Origin: Harriotta raleighana
Taxonomy: Eukaryota
DNA: 64,000 nucleotides
Reading direction: 5' to 3'
NCBI GenBank assembly: GCA_050575255.1
Contig: JBNZDD010013638.1
Location: 2,482,697 to 2,546,696 of the forward strand
In this document: positions 25,926-38,960 of the stretch, piece after piece
Numbering within the stretch: the stretch's first letter is position 1
How the letters are laid out: each line of letters starts with the position of its first letter
The notes under the pieces: generated by a model
The model's database searches: none
The model's input: only the letters and a program-made list of their open reading frames with translations
What the model was told of the DNA's origin: nothing
Program-made: the position numbers and the translations under genes

Positions 25926-27726
25926 TTATCCATTAATATGTAATTGGAGTAACAGAACATAGCATGACTGTCACTTCTGAAAGGTAATCAGACTTCCATA
26001 AATATTGGTTACCTTAAACCAAAGCAACAACCAATTTGAATAGATATGAACAGTTTTAACGGACAGTAGGAGGGTGGCTGATTCCGCAGTCAAAGAGGGT
26101 GGTTTTGAGTGCCTTGAAGGAGGCAAGGGAGGTGAGGAGAAAGGAATATGTGATGGAGTTCCATAGGGTGGGGGCAGAAAGGCTGAAGACCTAGCCATAG
26201 ATGGTGGTCCTGCAGCCGTGCTGTGGGACAGGCATATCAGGCAAGAAAGAGATGCTGCCTCTGGGTTCCTGAGGTTCTGTCTCCAATCTCCAAAGAAAAT
26301 AATCATATATTTTGTATAATTACAATTAGTTTCAGCATTCGGGCCAAAGTAGAATAATCTACGCTATCTGGATGACTGGTTTACGAAAGCTCACTATCAA
26401 TAGAGAAGGAGAACTGGCATCCAAACAAGAGTAATTCCTACTTACAGTATTAACAAGAATAGTCAAGCTTTCAAGTGAACTTGAAAAGGGTGAATTTGGA
26501 ACTCTACAAAGGCATCTCCTGTACTGTTTAGATTTTATACTGTCACGTTCTATCAATCCTTTCCAAGGAATATTTTCTAGATGCAGAAAATACCTACTCG
26601 TTGTGAACTGTAGCCATCTTTGTGCACTCAAACATGAAACTTTTCATAAGCCCCTTATGACTGAATCTGCTGGCAGGAAGGCTGCCCAAACACTGTCTTA
26701 CATCTCATCTGAGTGGTGAAAAGATCATTTTGGGCAGCTATCCCGTTGAGAAAATAAACACTGTCTTCTTTCATCCAGTACTGAGCTGCAATTATTTTCC
26801 TATTTTCTCTTTTCAAAAGAAATCACAATTCTAGGACTTTGCAGAAGAGCATCTCACCCATTCATTTTAATGGAGTGAATTAAGGATTGGGATTGTGACG
26901 CATTAACGTTGGGTACACACTTGAATGGCTTAAAGTGGCCAGGATACAAACTGGGTTTTGTCCAGTGAGTCTTCAGGAAAATGGGAAAGAAACTGTCAGA
27001 GTGGCTATTGTAAAGTAAATGTGAGATGGGAAACTTGTATTCTCTGCAGTTAAATTGACAACTGGATAGCACAGGTTGAGATTTTTGTAACGGTTTCAAA
27101 ATCATGAATTTAACAAAATTGTTAATAGGAAAATTAGCCTGTAATTGGCAAGGACTTTCGTGTGGTTAGGCACAGTTGTCTCTGATTTGGATTTAGAAAG
27201 ATTTGCAAAGAATATACAGTATACAAACAGGCCAATTGACCCACCCATTCCATGCCAGTGTTTATATTCCACATGAGCCATTCCTTACTCCTCCCTGTCA
27301 TACTTTTCTGTTCCTGTCTCCCTCATGTGAAGGTATAGCTTCCTCTTGAATCTTTACTATATGATTCAACCACCATTTCAGGCAATGAATTCCATAATCT
27401 CACTATCTCCTGCATAGTGGGATAGTGGAAGTAGTTCTTCCACCTATTCCATGCCAACAAACTGTTTTAGATCCCCTAGTTCCTATCTTATATTTGTGTC
27501 CCTTGGTTATGGACTCCTCAATGAGACAACATTAGTTGAGAGAGATAGTTTGAAAAAAGAATTCAGTAAATGAGAAAGTTTCTCACACAGAGGTTTGAGA
27601 ACTCAAGTACCCGTGGCACTGGATTGACAGCTCATTTTAAAGATAATTTTCCTTTTTGTATTTAGCTGAGAATGTTTATAAGATACTATTTTTATTTGGC
27701 TTCTCTATATCTTTTTCCTTTGACAG

Positions 27727-27832
27727 GTATAGCGTATCTTAGCGGGATGTGCAGTGAAAAAAGGAAGTGTGTGCTTGCTGAAGACAACGGACTCAATCTG
27801 GCTTTTACGATTGCTCATGAGATGGGTCACAA
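27727..27832 (+). CDS. ADAMTS19: ADAMTS19-like metalloprotease coding exon (catalytic domain, first half of the zinc-binding motif)
   Basis: Polypyrimidine tract plus tgacag acceptor, and gtaagt donor. The 106 nt (phase 1 to 2) read (G)[34 protein letters not shown](N). [10 protein letters not shown] and HEMGH fit ADAMTS19 better than ADAMTS17 (GGVCSAKRKC, HELGH), from recalled sequences. Confidence 0.93.
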
Positions 27833-28159
27833 GTAAGTAAGAATTAGTTAAATACAATAGCAGGGTCTAATTGGTGGTATTTCTTAACAAGATTCTTTGA
27901 GAATTCAATTCTTTAATAAGGAATCTATGGCACTCAATTTGGGGCTCCTTCCTGTACCTAAATTTTAGCCTTTGCCAGTCTACAGATACTCCAATCCAAT
28001 ACAATCTTCTTATGAAGTGGATTGCTTGCTGATTAATGGAAATTGCAACGGATTTCCTTATTGTAAAATCTTCTTAAGAAATGCCGTAAATTAGACAATA
28101 TTATTTATTTTCTTGATCGAGATATACTGTGTATATTTTTGAAATTGTTATATTTTATG

Positions 28160-28543
28160 TAGCGTCATTCATGTCAGGAGGACATCCCAAATCACGTCAC
28201 AGGATATATTGTAAACTGGAATGTCTGTGTGGTTTGTAAGCGGACCCGGCAGCCAATTTGTATTGTCCCACAAACAGCCATGACATGAATCAATAATTTT
28301 ATTCGAGGACTTGTTGGCCAGATCACTGATAGAAACTCTGTTATCTTTTTGAATAGTGCCATAGAATCCTTAGCATCCACCTGAATGGGCAGATGGAACC
28401 TCAGTTTTTAGCAACACAGTATTTCCAAGCACTACATAGCAGTGTCAACATAGATTATATGAGTTCTGTGTCCCGACGGGGGCTTCAAACCACAACCTTC
28501 TGACTCAGAGGTGAGAGAGTTATCGAGTGAGGCACCCTGACAC
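28160..28543 (-). mobile_element. Deu-type SINE
   Basis: Reverse complement of the 24400-24830 family: tttgaatagtgccatagaatcc...acaaccttctgactcagaggtgagag. Confidence 0.75.
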
Positions 28544-28746
28544 CCATACACATTAAAATTATAATTGCAGTTGAACTTTATGGTGAGAGAATCTTCCCTC
28601 ACTTCTGCAAACTAATATTTGTTCTTGAGTTAAACGTATATTAAAATGCACACGTTAAAAAGGAGAACGACATAAGCAAGTATGGAAGAAGAAAAGGCCA
28701 TTGAACTCTTTAGGTTTGCTCCTTCATTAGTTGATACAAGACTCAT

Positions 28747-30860
28747 CATAAGAACATGGGAACATAGGAACAGTAGTAGGACATTCAGCTCTTCGAGCCT
28801 GTTCTGCCATTTAATTAGATCATGGATGACTTCAACTAATCCTTTCGGTTAGGGTTAGGGTATCCCTTAATATCCTGACCTACCAAAAATGTATCAACCT
28901 CACCCCTGAAGATGTGGATGGATCCAGCATCCATGACCTTTTGGAGTAGAGAATTCCAGATTTCTACCATTCTTTGAGTGAAAAAGTGCTTCTTGATTTC
29001 ACTCTTAAATGGCTAGGTTGTAATTTTAAGTCTATATGTCCCCTTGTTTTGGATTCCCCCAACTGAGGAAATAGCTTCTCTCTATTTATCCTATCATCTT
29101 ACACACCTCAATCAAGTCACCCCTCAACTTTCTAAACTCAAGAGAATACAATCCAAGTTTATGCAGCTTTTCCTCGTAACTTAACCGTTTCAGGCCTGGT
29201 AAACATTCTAGGCTACTACATCTTTCCTGAGGTGTGGTGCCCAAAACTAAACGCAGTCTCCAGATGGGGTTGACTAACGTTCTAAGCATCATTTCTTCCC
29301 CTTTTATATTCCAGGCCTCTCAAGATAAAGGCCAACATTCGATTTGGGCCTTTTTGATTTTGTTTTGCACCAGGGAACTAGTTTTTAGTGATTTGTGGAT
29401 TTGGACACCCCAATCTCTTTCTCCTCCACAGTTCTTAATTGCTCCTCATTAAGAAAGTATTCTGCCTTATCTTTTTTCAGTCCATAGTGGATGACCTCAC
29501 ACTTCCCTACACTGAACTCCATCTGCAATAGCTTTATCCAATTACTTATCTATATAAGTCCCTTTGTAACTTCCTACTTCTATCTATAATACTTACTGAG
29601 CCTCTGATCTTAGTGTCATTGGCCAACTTAGATATATCAATATATGTATGGCAAATAGCTGAGGTCCCAGTACAGCCTTCTGGGGTACAGTCCAGAGAAC
29701 TTTCCCTTCATCCCTACTCTCTATTTCTTGCTTCCAAACCAATTGCCAAGCCATGTCATACGATTACCTCCAATTCAGTGCACTTCCATTTTCACTAATA
29801 ATCTTTTGTGTGGAACCTTCTCAAATGCCTTCTGAAAGTCCATATAAACGACATCCATAGACACTTTCTTATCCACCACTTTAGTGACCTCCTCAAAAAA
29901 GTCAACTAGATTAGTCAGCTACGACCTTTCCTTCACAAATCCGTGCTGACTCTCCTTGACAAGCTCATGGTTTCCAATATTTTCCCTACAACTGACATTA
30001 AGCTGACGGGTCTATAGTTTCTTAGTTTCTCCCTCTCTCCCTTCTGAAATAAAAGGGTGACATTCATAATTTGTAAATCTAAGGGCACAATTTCCGAATC
30101 TGGTGAGCTTTGGAAAATTATGACAAATGCATCTGCAATTTCCTCTCCTATTTCCTTTAATACCTGGGATGGAAACGATCAGATCCTAGAGATTTGTCTA
30201 TTTTGGGTCTCATTATTTTCTCCATTACCATTTTTTTAAACTTATATTTATTTTATTAAGCATTTCTCTTGGACTTATTTTTAGGTTCTCCTGTACAGCT
30301 GGTATTTTGTCCTCATCCTGTATTGCACAATTGGAGTCCTGTAGCTCCATGATCAGGGCACCTGCCTTACAAGGGTGAGACTTGTGTTCAAATCCAGGCA
30401 GGGCGAAACCTTGGGCAAGTTTCCTTACACCACATGCCTAACAATAATCCAATAAAAAAACTATAAGAATTGATCATTTCAATGCACGGCTATTTGTGGG
30501 ACACTGCTGTGCGTAATTGGCTGCTGCGTTTCACCCACAAATATACAATACAGGCAATTCAGTGAGGCGCTTTGAGACATCTAGAAGACGTGAAAAGCGC
30601 TATATCAAACACAAGGTTTGTTATTATTAAAAACAGTAGCCAAGTATTTATTTAATAAGTCAACCATTTTCAAAATTTCCATTATAGCCTCATCTATATC
30701 TGTCTTTAACATCTGTGTATGGGTGTCATTTGCCTTTGCCATTCTCTTTCTCTTAATATATTTTAAAAGCTTTTACTTTTGGTTTTAATATCCATTGCAA
30801 GTTTTTTTCTCACCCCTTTTTGCTCATCCCATCATTAGTTTCACCCCAATGCACTTTGTC
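28747..30860 (-). mobile_element. CR1 LINE ORF2 3' portion (degraded), interrupted by a SINE
   Basis: Minus-strand motifs NYRPVSL, DVVYMDFQKAFEKVPHKRL and LSYEEKLHKLGLYSLEFRKLRGDLIEV; terminal cataagaacatgggaacatagg repeat. Confidence 0.9.
30331..30628 (+). mobile_element. tRNA-derived SINE (second family) inserted in CR1
   Basis: Head ggagtcctgtagctcc...gccttacaagggtgagac, B-box gttcaaatcc; tail aagcgctatatcaaacacaaggtttgttattatt. Confidence 0.8.
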
Positions 30861-32399
30861 TCCTGGGGAAGCTCTCTAAACCTCAAAATAAATAAGCAAA
30901 TTTTCAATCATATCATCCATCCCCACAACTTTATTAGTAAACAACAACAGCTTGCCATTTATATAATTCCTCCACTCAGGGCAGCATCTCAGAGTGCTTA
31001 TTTTATTATGTTTGCCTTGCGTGAATTTTGGCTGGATAAGATGTATTGCTTTTGCTATTAAAGAAAGTCTTGAATATATTAGTCAATGTTTGCCTGTTGA
31101 GGTGGACATTAAAGATCCCTTGGCACTAGTCGAAAAGAAAAAGGAGTTTCAACCAGGGATAGACCAACAATTCCCCAAATAAATTGGTTATTCACTCTAT
31201 GGCTGTTTGTGGAAAAGCTGTATGCAAACTTAGAGGTGTCTTTAGAAACTGCTGAATACATTTAGAGTTTCCTGGTTCTACTTGGCAGATATTGTGCATA
31301 GTGTCGACACACCTTTAGACTTCATTTTAACCCAATCTTCTGGATTCATACTTCAGTGTGATATAATTTTCTTAGTGAACCAGACATTTTTAATATATTT
31401 TGTGAAGTCTTTGTCATAAGACCCTGCGCAAATCCATGTTCGTGAAAACGGCTTGGACACAGAACATTGAATTATCTTTAACAGGAAGATTTATCTGTAT
31501 CCTAATATATTATTTTGTTCAGTTTAGTTCAGTTGCATGGTATAATTATTAGTCATAGCAAACCTTAAAATAATTTATCTATTTAGTTACATATGCTCAG
31601 ATGACATAATGAACAGGCAGAAGTTCTGGATGGCTTCTTGTCTATTTGTTAGTTTGCCAAAGATACCAGAAAGGGATTTGTCATGTCTTGGCAAGTACAT
31701 AACAGTAAAATTCAGCTGTGACAAAATTGCAGATTTTGTGCAAAGGTTATTGTTGAGGTCAATTAATTCTAGGGGGAAAAAAGCTGTCATGGAAAACTTA
31801 TATCACTGAAGTTAGTGAACTGAGAAGAATTAGATGTAATTGGATTGTGTGCTTAACTTGCTTTCTAAACAAAATTGTGTGAGATAAAGCCCAAGCAGTG
31901 TCTCATTAAAAATGAAAACACAGTTTGTGCTTGAGCTGAGCACATGCTTTTTGATCAGGTGAATTGCCTCGTGCAGCTAAAAAAAAATGGAATTTAAGGT
32001 GAAATTCTTCCTGATCCTGGAGGCATTTTAACATCTAGTTAAAAGATTAACTGCATTAAAATTAAAATCATTTTGTGCATCATTTTAAGAGGAGCTGCTT
32101 ATGATTTGAATGTTACAAGCCAAAGCACCAATTTATTTTCATAGAAAATATCTGTTAGGCAATAGAACATATCAAGTGGTTGGCCGTTTAAGGTGGATTT
32201 GGAAAATATTAGAATAACAAAGATGATCAAGAGGTCAGCAAACATCCAGGATATGTTGTACCAAAGTTGGACTAAAATGTGACTTATGCAAACCAGAAGC
32301 TACCCCAAAGATTCAAACTTTGCACCTTAAGTTGCAGAACTCTCTAACATGTTTGATAAAATGTCACAAAAGAAATTTCCAACCCCAAAATCAACAATT

Positions 32400-32665
32400 T
32401 CCTGCTTTTCTTCCCCCGATCCCTCCCCCCACTTGACTGTACAGCGCCTTGGGACGTCCTCCTGACGTGAAAGGCGCTATATAAATATAATAAATAAATA
32501 AATAAATAAATATGTAGCCCTTTATACCGGGCAGGGTCTCACTCAGAGCACTTCACAGTGGCGGAGCCCAAGGTCGAGCTGGGCTTGGGTAAGATGACCA
32601 TAAGCACAGTCAAAGAGAAAGGTCTTCAGGTGCGAGCTGAAGATGGGGAAGGAGGGGTTGAGGCT
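32400..32665. mobile_element. Two L2 3' ends tail-to-tail around an (AAAT)n microsatellite
   Basis: Plus-strand tail gggacgtcctcctgacgtgaaaggcgctatataaat, then (aaat)n, then a minus-strand L2 end (agagcacttcacagtgg...gtcaaagagaaaggtcttcagg). Confidence 0.75.
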
Positions 32666-34270
32666 CTTCTTCAATCTCATGATGACATTTTGCTTTCAGG
32701 CCATTTCTCAGTAAAGAAGTAGCCCGAAGTGTCTGACAAAATGGAAAGGAAAGCAAAACAGACACTGTCCGCATTCAGGATAGTAATTTGTTTGGGATTT
32801 TTTTCCTGAAATTTTTTATAACTCAACAACAATTTAACACTGCAGGTTTGTACCAAAACTGCAAGATAACTGTTTACCTAATAGCAAGTGTAACATGGAC
32901 TTCAATTAACAAATAAAAGCATTCTATTTTGTTTAAATTAATGGCCCAAACAAATTATAAAACTTGCCATTTCAATATCTGTTAGGACTGGATTGTATAA
33001 AATCCTAACTGGCAATATCAGGTTCGTCGATCTGACTACATGTTGTCGGCAGCATATGTTCTTGATTCACATCCCAGGCAGCCACATCCTGTATAAAAGG
33101 TGCTGTTCTTGGTTAGTATGGGAGAAATCGAGTGGGGTTAGTTGAATAATCATTTTCAGTTTTCACCCTTTCTCCTTCTCCCTTTTGTAACAACTTGTTT
33201 TCACTCACTGCTCCATTTAGTGGCCTTGTTGAGAAATGGTGAAAATCGCCTAAACAGGTGAGTGGTTTCGTGTGGCAGACAGCTCTGAAACTAATGTACG
33301 ATCCTCTGTCTCGGAGTCAATTATTCATGCACTGAGCTAACTGGACAACTTCTGCTGAACATAGTGTGTTGCAATCAATCATCAAGACAAATGGGTTTGT
33401 TTGCAACTGGTGCATTAAACTAGAGAGTTAGTCTAAGTCACAAGAGGAGTGTGCAAGTTACAAATATAATTGCTTTTTCTGATGTTATATTCAACAATAG
33501 TACTTTATCTTCCAATCCCAACTGATCTTTCAACAGTTCTGGATCGCAGAGTTTAAGTATATAGATTATTCGACTGTGATAAACAATGCATGTTCATAAA
33601 CCAAACACAAAATACTACAGATGCTGGAAATCTGAAACAAAAGTTCATAACTGTTCACCCCTTCACTCGGTAATATTTTATAAAATATATATTATTGTTG
33701 GTGGATGTATATTCTTTGTTGTATCATTTGTCATTGTTACTGGGTCTCTTGACACCTCAGCATGTAGAGTCTGTCAAGTGCAAGTAATATTGCTTTCTGT
33801 GGGATACATTTGGTGCATGTTAGCAACATATTGGTTCATGTTAGGATATATTGTTTTATAGTTTGTGGGGAAACAAGTGGTGGTTTGAAGCGATCAGGCC
33901 AGCTTTCTGTGTGCATATTGGACTTTTTATCAAATAATAATTATTTTTTTTAAATGCTTGAACCATAAAAAAGGTAGATAATGAAGACAATGCAGAAAAC
34001 TGTGAGAGTTTCAAAAGCATGGTAATAGACTTAAAAGCTCAGGAAAATGCAAATCACTGTTCAGGAGAATATTGAAAGCACTGTCAGCTGGATACCAAAG
34101 GCTACTTAAAACACTTTGACAACACATGAAAGTAGCTCATCGCTGGAGACAGAAGTAGAACAATGCACTGCTTCTTCTTTCTGAAGCACCTAAAGAACTT
34201 GTTAACTTCTGACTGTAAAAATATAAATGTTGAAACTTTATCTGCTCCTTGGGTGCACCAATTACATATA

Positions 34271-34630
34271 CAGTAAAACCCTGTTTATCCAGCACCTTCG
34301 GGGGGTGGGGGGGGGGGGTCGACTAATTGACTCTGCCGGATAAACAGGCGGCCAGTTGCTGAAAACCCAACTTAAAAAATTTACTTATTTTGAAACATAC
34401 CATGTTAGACTAAATAGTAATAGAATATTGAAATGGATACTTACCAATAAATTATTCCAGCACACTTGATAAAAAAGCAAACCAAGTTCGTAAGTTTAAT
34501 AAGTGCGCATGCTCACACATTGCACGCATGCGCAAAGTGAGCAAACTCGTGATTGCTGGAATGGGAAATTGCCCCAGGAGGGGGTTGAGCAGTCCAGTTG
34601 ATTGGGTCATGGATAAATAAGGTTTTACTG
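34271..34630. mobile_element. pogo/Tigger-like MITE, family A copy 3
   Basis: TA|cagtaaaaccctgtttatcc ... ggataaataaggttttactg (right TA mutated); expanded poly-G tract; homologous to copies 1 and 2. Confidence 0.85.
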
Positions 34631-34829
34631 TTGTCATTTTTTTTCAGTTAGTTTGATACTTGTATCCTGTATCTTTCATTATTTGTTTTGCTCCCAGTAC
34701 ACAATCTAAGCAGGTTTGCATTGAGTTTGTAATACTGAATTCATATTACTTGAATAACATTGATAAGCTTGCATTTGATAATGACATCATTGAAATGACT
34801 CAAAGCCCTTCACAGAATGTGCTCTAGAG

Positions 34830-35144
34830 CAGTGGTTCTCAACCAGGGGTACATGTATCCCAAGGGGTACAAAATTACTTCCAGCGGGTACAGGTGGTGG
34901 TACATTGATTTATTTTGCTCTCTTATTTAGCGTTTTATAACCTTCCAAATTGTATATTGAATTGTTATTCCCCTTGTATTGTATGTGCTGGTTATTTTGT
35001 TATATAAGAAAAGCTTGGTCATAAAATGCAAGTGGAACGAGGGGGATGATGTGTGTGTGTATGTATGTGGTTGGGTGGGGGTATATGATCATGTTGAAAA
35101 TTAATAAGTGGTACATTACTAAAAAAAAAGGTTGACAACCACTG
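34830..35144. mobile_element. hAT (Charlie-like) MITE
   Basis: TIRs cagtggttctcaacc / ggttgacaaccactg; degenerate 8-bp TSD ctctagag / gaatagag, fitting the NTCTAGAN preference of Charlie elements. Confidence 0.8.
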
Positions 35145-35366
35145 GAATAGAGTACAGTGTTTGTGCATTTCTGGAGAAAATCAACAACAAATTGCATTGA
35201 TAGAGGGCCTTTTACGTTGGGAGGATGTCCCAATGCACTGAGGCTCCTTTCTTTTCTTTGAATCTGTGAGATCTTTGACTTCCACCTTAACAGGCAGATC
35301 CGGCCTCAGAGCAGCGCTTCAGATAATGTAGCTCTCTTTCCATATTGCAATGGAGTGTTACCCTAC

Positions 35367-37025
35367 AAAAACAACAACAAAATTACACTTATAGAGCGCC
35401 TTTCACGTCAGGAGGACGTCCCAAGGTGCTGAAGGACCCGAGTGGGGCAAGGGAGAGTAGGAGAGTAGGAGAGTAGGAGAGGAGGGAAGAGTTAGGAGGG
35501 GAGTAAAAGGCATGGTCGAAGAGGAAGGTCTTGAAACCGGCCTTGAAGGAGGAAAGGGAGGAAGCGAGGTGAAGGGATTCCGGAATGGAGTTCCAGAGTG
35601 TGGGGGTGGAGAGGCTGAAAGCCCGGTCACCGATGGTAGGGGGGTTCAGACGGGGGACATGGAGCAGGCCAGAGCCCCTGAAAGGAGGGGACGGGCAGGC
35701 TGATAAGGAGTCAGCAGATCAGACAGATAGGAGGGGGCAAGGCCATGAATTGCCTTGAAAGTGAGGACGAGGATCTTGAATTCGACCCTCTGGGAGATAG
35801 GGAGCCAGTGGGCGAAGGTAAGAGTGATGTGGAGGCTAGAGCAGGAGAGTACATGAGCTGCAGAGTTCTGAATAATGTGCAGCTTGTGAAGGGAGGAGCT
35901 GGGAAAGCCAACGAGTAGACAGTTTCCAAAGTCGAGCCAAGATGTGATGAATGCGTGGATGAGTGTTTTGGAGGCATAGAGGATGAGGTAGTGGCGGAGT
36001 CTGGCAATGTTGCGGAGTTGGTGGAAGGCTGCGCGGATTTGGGGGAGGAAGGACAGTTCAAGGTCGAACAAGACGCCCAGATTCCTGACTGGCTTCGAGA
36101 GGTGGAGAGTGCAGCCTTGAATGCTGATGTTGCCAGCACCTGAGGTGCGGAGACTATGACGTGAGCCAATCAGGAGGGCCTCCGTCTTGTTTAGTTGGAA
36201 GAAGTTGTCCCTCGTCCCGGACTCAATGTCAGACAGACACACAGTTAGAATGCCAGTAGTCCTGGAGTCGGGGGTGGAAGCGGAAAGATAGAGTTGGGTA
36301 TCATCCGCATACATGTGAAAATTTACTCCATGTCTTCGGATGATGTCACCGAGGGGGAGCATGTAGAGGGTGAAGAGCAGGGGGACAAGGACAGAGCCCT
36401 GGGGGACTCCGAATGAGACTGCAAGGACTGGAGGAAAAGCCGTTGTAGGAGACAACAACAACAAAATTACACTTGTATAGCGCCTTTCACATTGGGAGGA
36501 TGTCCTGAAAAGCCGTTGGAGGAGACAAAATGAAAGCGGTGTGAGAGGTATGACTGAAACCAATCAAGGACAGAGCCTTGAAGGTTGAGGAGGGAGGAGA
36601 GGCACTGGAGGAGGATTGCATGGTCTACTGTGTCAAAGACAGTGGATAGATTGAGGAGGATGAGGAGGCAGAGGGAGCCCAGGTCGCAGATCGTCAGGAT
36701 GTCATTTGTGACCTTGACCAGAGCAGTTTCTGTGCTGTGGGCAGCACGGAAACCCAATTGGAGGGGTTGAGAGGAAAGAGCGGAACTGGGAGGCAACCAT
36801 TCTTTCGAGGACAGGAAAGGGAGGTTGAAGATGGGCCAGTAGCTTGAAAGCTGCGACATATCAAGGGAAGGTTTCTTTAGGATGGGGGTGATAGTGGCAG
36901 TTTTGAGGGAACGGTGCCAGATGAAAGGGACAGGTTAATGGTGTCAACAATTATTGGGCCTAGAAGGTGGAGCTGGATGGTAAGGAGAGAGGTGGGGATG
37001 GGGTCCAGGGAGCAGGTGGTGGGCT
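35367..37025 (-). mobile_element. L2 LINE, about 1.65 kb ORF2 RT-to-tail fragment
   Basis: Motifs [37 protein letters not shown] and [11 protein letters not shown]; (CAA)n tail; frameshifts; contains a 51-bp nested tail insertion. Confidence 0.93.
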
Positions 37026-37756
37026 ACCCTAGACAAGGACTTCATGTGCAAAAATGGGGATTGAACCCACATTGCTACCAACTGAGCCAGTCTGACACCT
37101 CATGTCTTCAAAGATTAGTCAACAATCTCTATCTGATAGGCCTCTCAAGTAGATGATCACTACTGTCTCGGTGAGTAAAGAGGAGATATGTGATACAGCT
37201 TCAATGCTTCCTGACAATAAATCATGACAAATATCAACAGGATATGTGGGTCCTGATTAAACTTGCCGAATCTCAGACAGATGCATTGGCTGCAACCAAG
37301 AGGCTTTTGATGAATTCCGCAGTGAACTACACAAGAGGCAGCACTTAAGATAGAGAGGGCTGTTCCGGGCCCTTGAGCATTATGATTACATATGCCTATT
37401 ATGCTGCAAAAAAATAATTACATCTGCATGAAGCAATGCAGAGCTGATAGGAGCATTCAGTTTCACTGTGATCCATTTTAAATCAAGAAAAACCTGTAAA
37501 CCATTTAGGACTGATGCATTACATTGCACAAACAATGTTTGGCTTTTGTACAATGCAAAGTACAAATTTACATTTATATAGCGCTTTTCACATTGGGAGG
37601 ATTTCCTTAGGGGACGGATGGTGTAAGATTTCCATTCGAGCTGGCAGTGGGGCTGAGGTTGTGGCCTAAGGAAAGAAAATTATCACATCAGAATATGTTG
37701 TATACTTCTGCTAATTTACTCCATGTATCTTCAGAATGACAAAACTGTGCTTTTGA

Positions 37757-38960
37757 ACAACAACAACAAAATTACACCTGTATGGCACCTTTCACATCAG
37801 GAGGATGTCCCAAGGCATTGGACAGTGATTGTTTCAGACCCGAGCTGGGAACAGAGAGGGTGGAGGGAAAGATGGGGATTTGGGGTACTCGATGGGACCG
37901 TCGAAGAGGAGGGTTTTGAGGCAGGACTTGAAAGAAACCTGGGAGGATGCGAGGCATGGAGTTCCAGAGTTTAGGGGTAGAGAAGCTAAAGGCATGGAGT
38001 TCCAGAGTTTAGGGGTAGAGAAGCTAAAGGCTCGCTCGCCAATGGTGGGGCGGGTGGGGCGGGGGACATGGAGCAGGCCAGAGCCTGCTGAGGGGAGGAA
38101 GTGGGTAGATTGGTAGGGTTTTAGGAGATTATGCATATGGGTAGGGCGAGGCCATGGAGGGCATTGTGAGGACCAGGATCTTGAATTGGGTCCTCAGAAT
38201 GATGGGTAGCTAGTGGAGTTGGGCAAGGATGGGGGAGATGGAGTAATGGAGCTTGGAGCGGTAGAGGATACAGGCTGCAGAATTCTGAAATATCTGCGAC
38301 CTGTGGAGGGAGGAATTGGGAAGACTAACAAGCAGGACATTTGCGTAGTCAAGCCAGTATGTAATGAAGGCATGAATTAGGATTTCAGCGTCCTTGGGGG
38401 TAGGGTAATGGCAGAATCGAGCAATATTGCGGAGGTGATTGCTTCGATGTGGGGAAGGGAAGACAGTTGAGGATCGAACATGACATCTAGGTTCCTGACT
38501 GTCTTGGTGATCTTGAGTGAGCAACCATGGAGGTTGATGCTGCCAGCGCTGATGTGTGAAGTCGCTAGCGAGAGCCCATCAGTAAAGTTTCCGACTTGTT
38601 GGCAATCAACTGTAGAACGTTAGTTCTCATCCAGGACTTGATGTTTGACAGACAGTCTCTCAGGACAGTAGTAGTCCTGGAGTCAAGGGTAGAGGCAGAA
38701 AGATAGAGTTTGGTGTCATCTGCATTCTTGTGGAAGTTAATCCCATTTCTGTGGATGATGTCATCAAGGGGAACATGTAGATGTTGAAAAGTAGAGGAGC
38801 AAGGACAGAACCCTTGGGGATGCTACAGGTGAGATTGCATGGGCTAGATGAGAAGCCGTTGTTGACGACAAAGTGGAGACGATGAGAGAGATAAGAGTCG
38901 AACCAGGCAAGAGCAGGTCTGTGGAGATTGTGCTAGGAGGAGAGGCGGTGTAAGAGGATG
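37757..38960 (-). mobile_element. L2 LINE fragment with an internal 38-bp tandem duplication (37953-38028)
   Basis: LIHAFITYWLDYANVLL and AFSFSTPKLWNS motifs; (CAA)n tail; ggcatggagttccagagtttaggggtagagaagctaaa occurs twice in tandem. Confidence 0.9.

Noticed and set aside
26359-26631. 90-aa minus-strand ORF; a nearby frame contains VHKD, resembling the missing ADAMTS exon
   Set aside because: It is on the wrong strand, lacks the EPCDTV continuation and splice sites, and has no recognisable domain.
30331-30410. tRNA-like sequences (also about 53390-53468, 57070-57140 and 62725-62790)
   Set aside because: The stems are degenerate and each is followed by a shared SINE body and tail, so these are SINE heads rather than tRNA genes.
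34300-34318. Poly-G run as a functional G-quadruplex
   Set aside because: It is a slippage expansion of a short G tract present in all family A MITE copies.
35646-36563. 305-aa ORF with the RT motif YADD as an active reverse transcriptase gene
   Set aside because: It is a 5'-truncated, frameshifted L2 ORF2 fragment whose N-terminus comes from a nested tail insertion; there is no endonuclease or ORF1.
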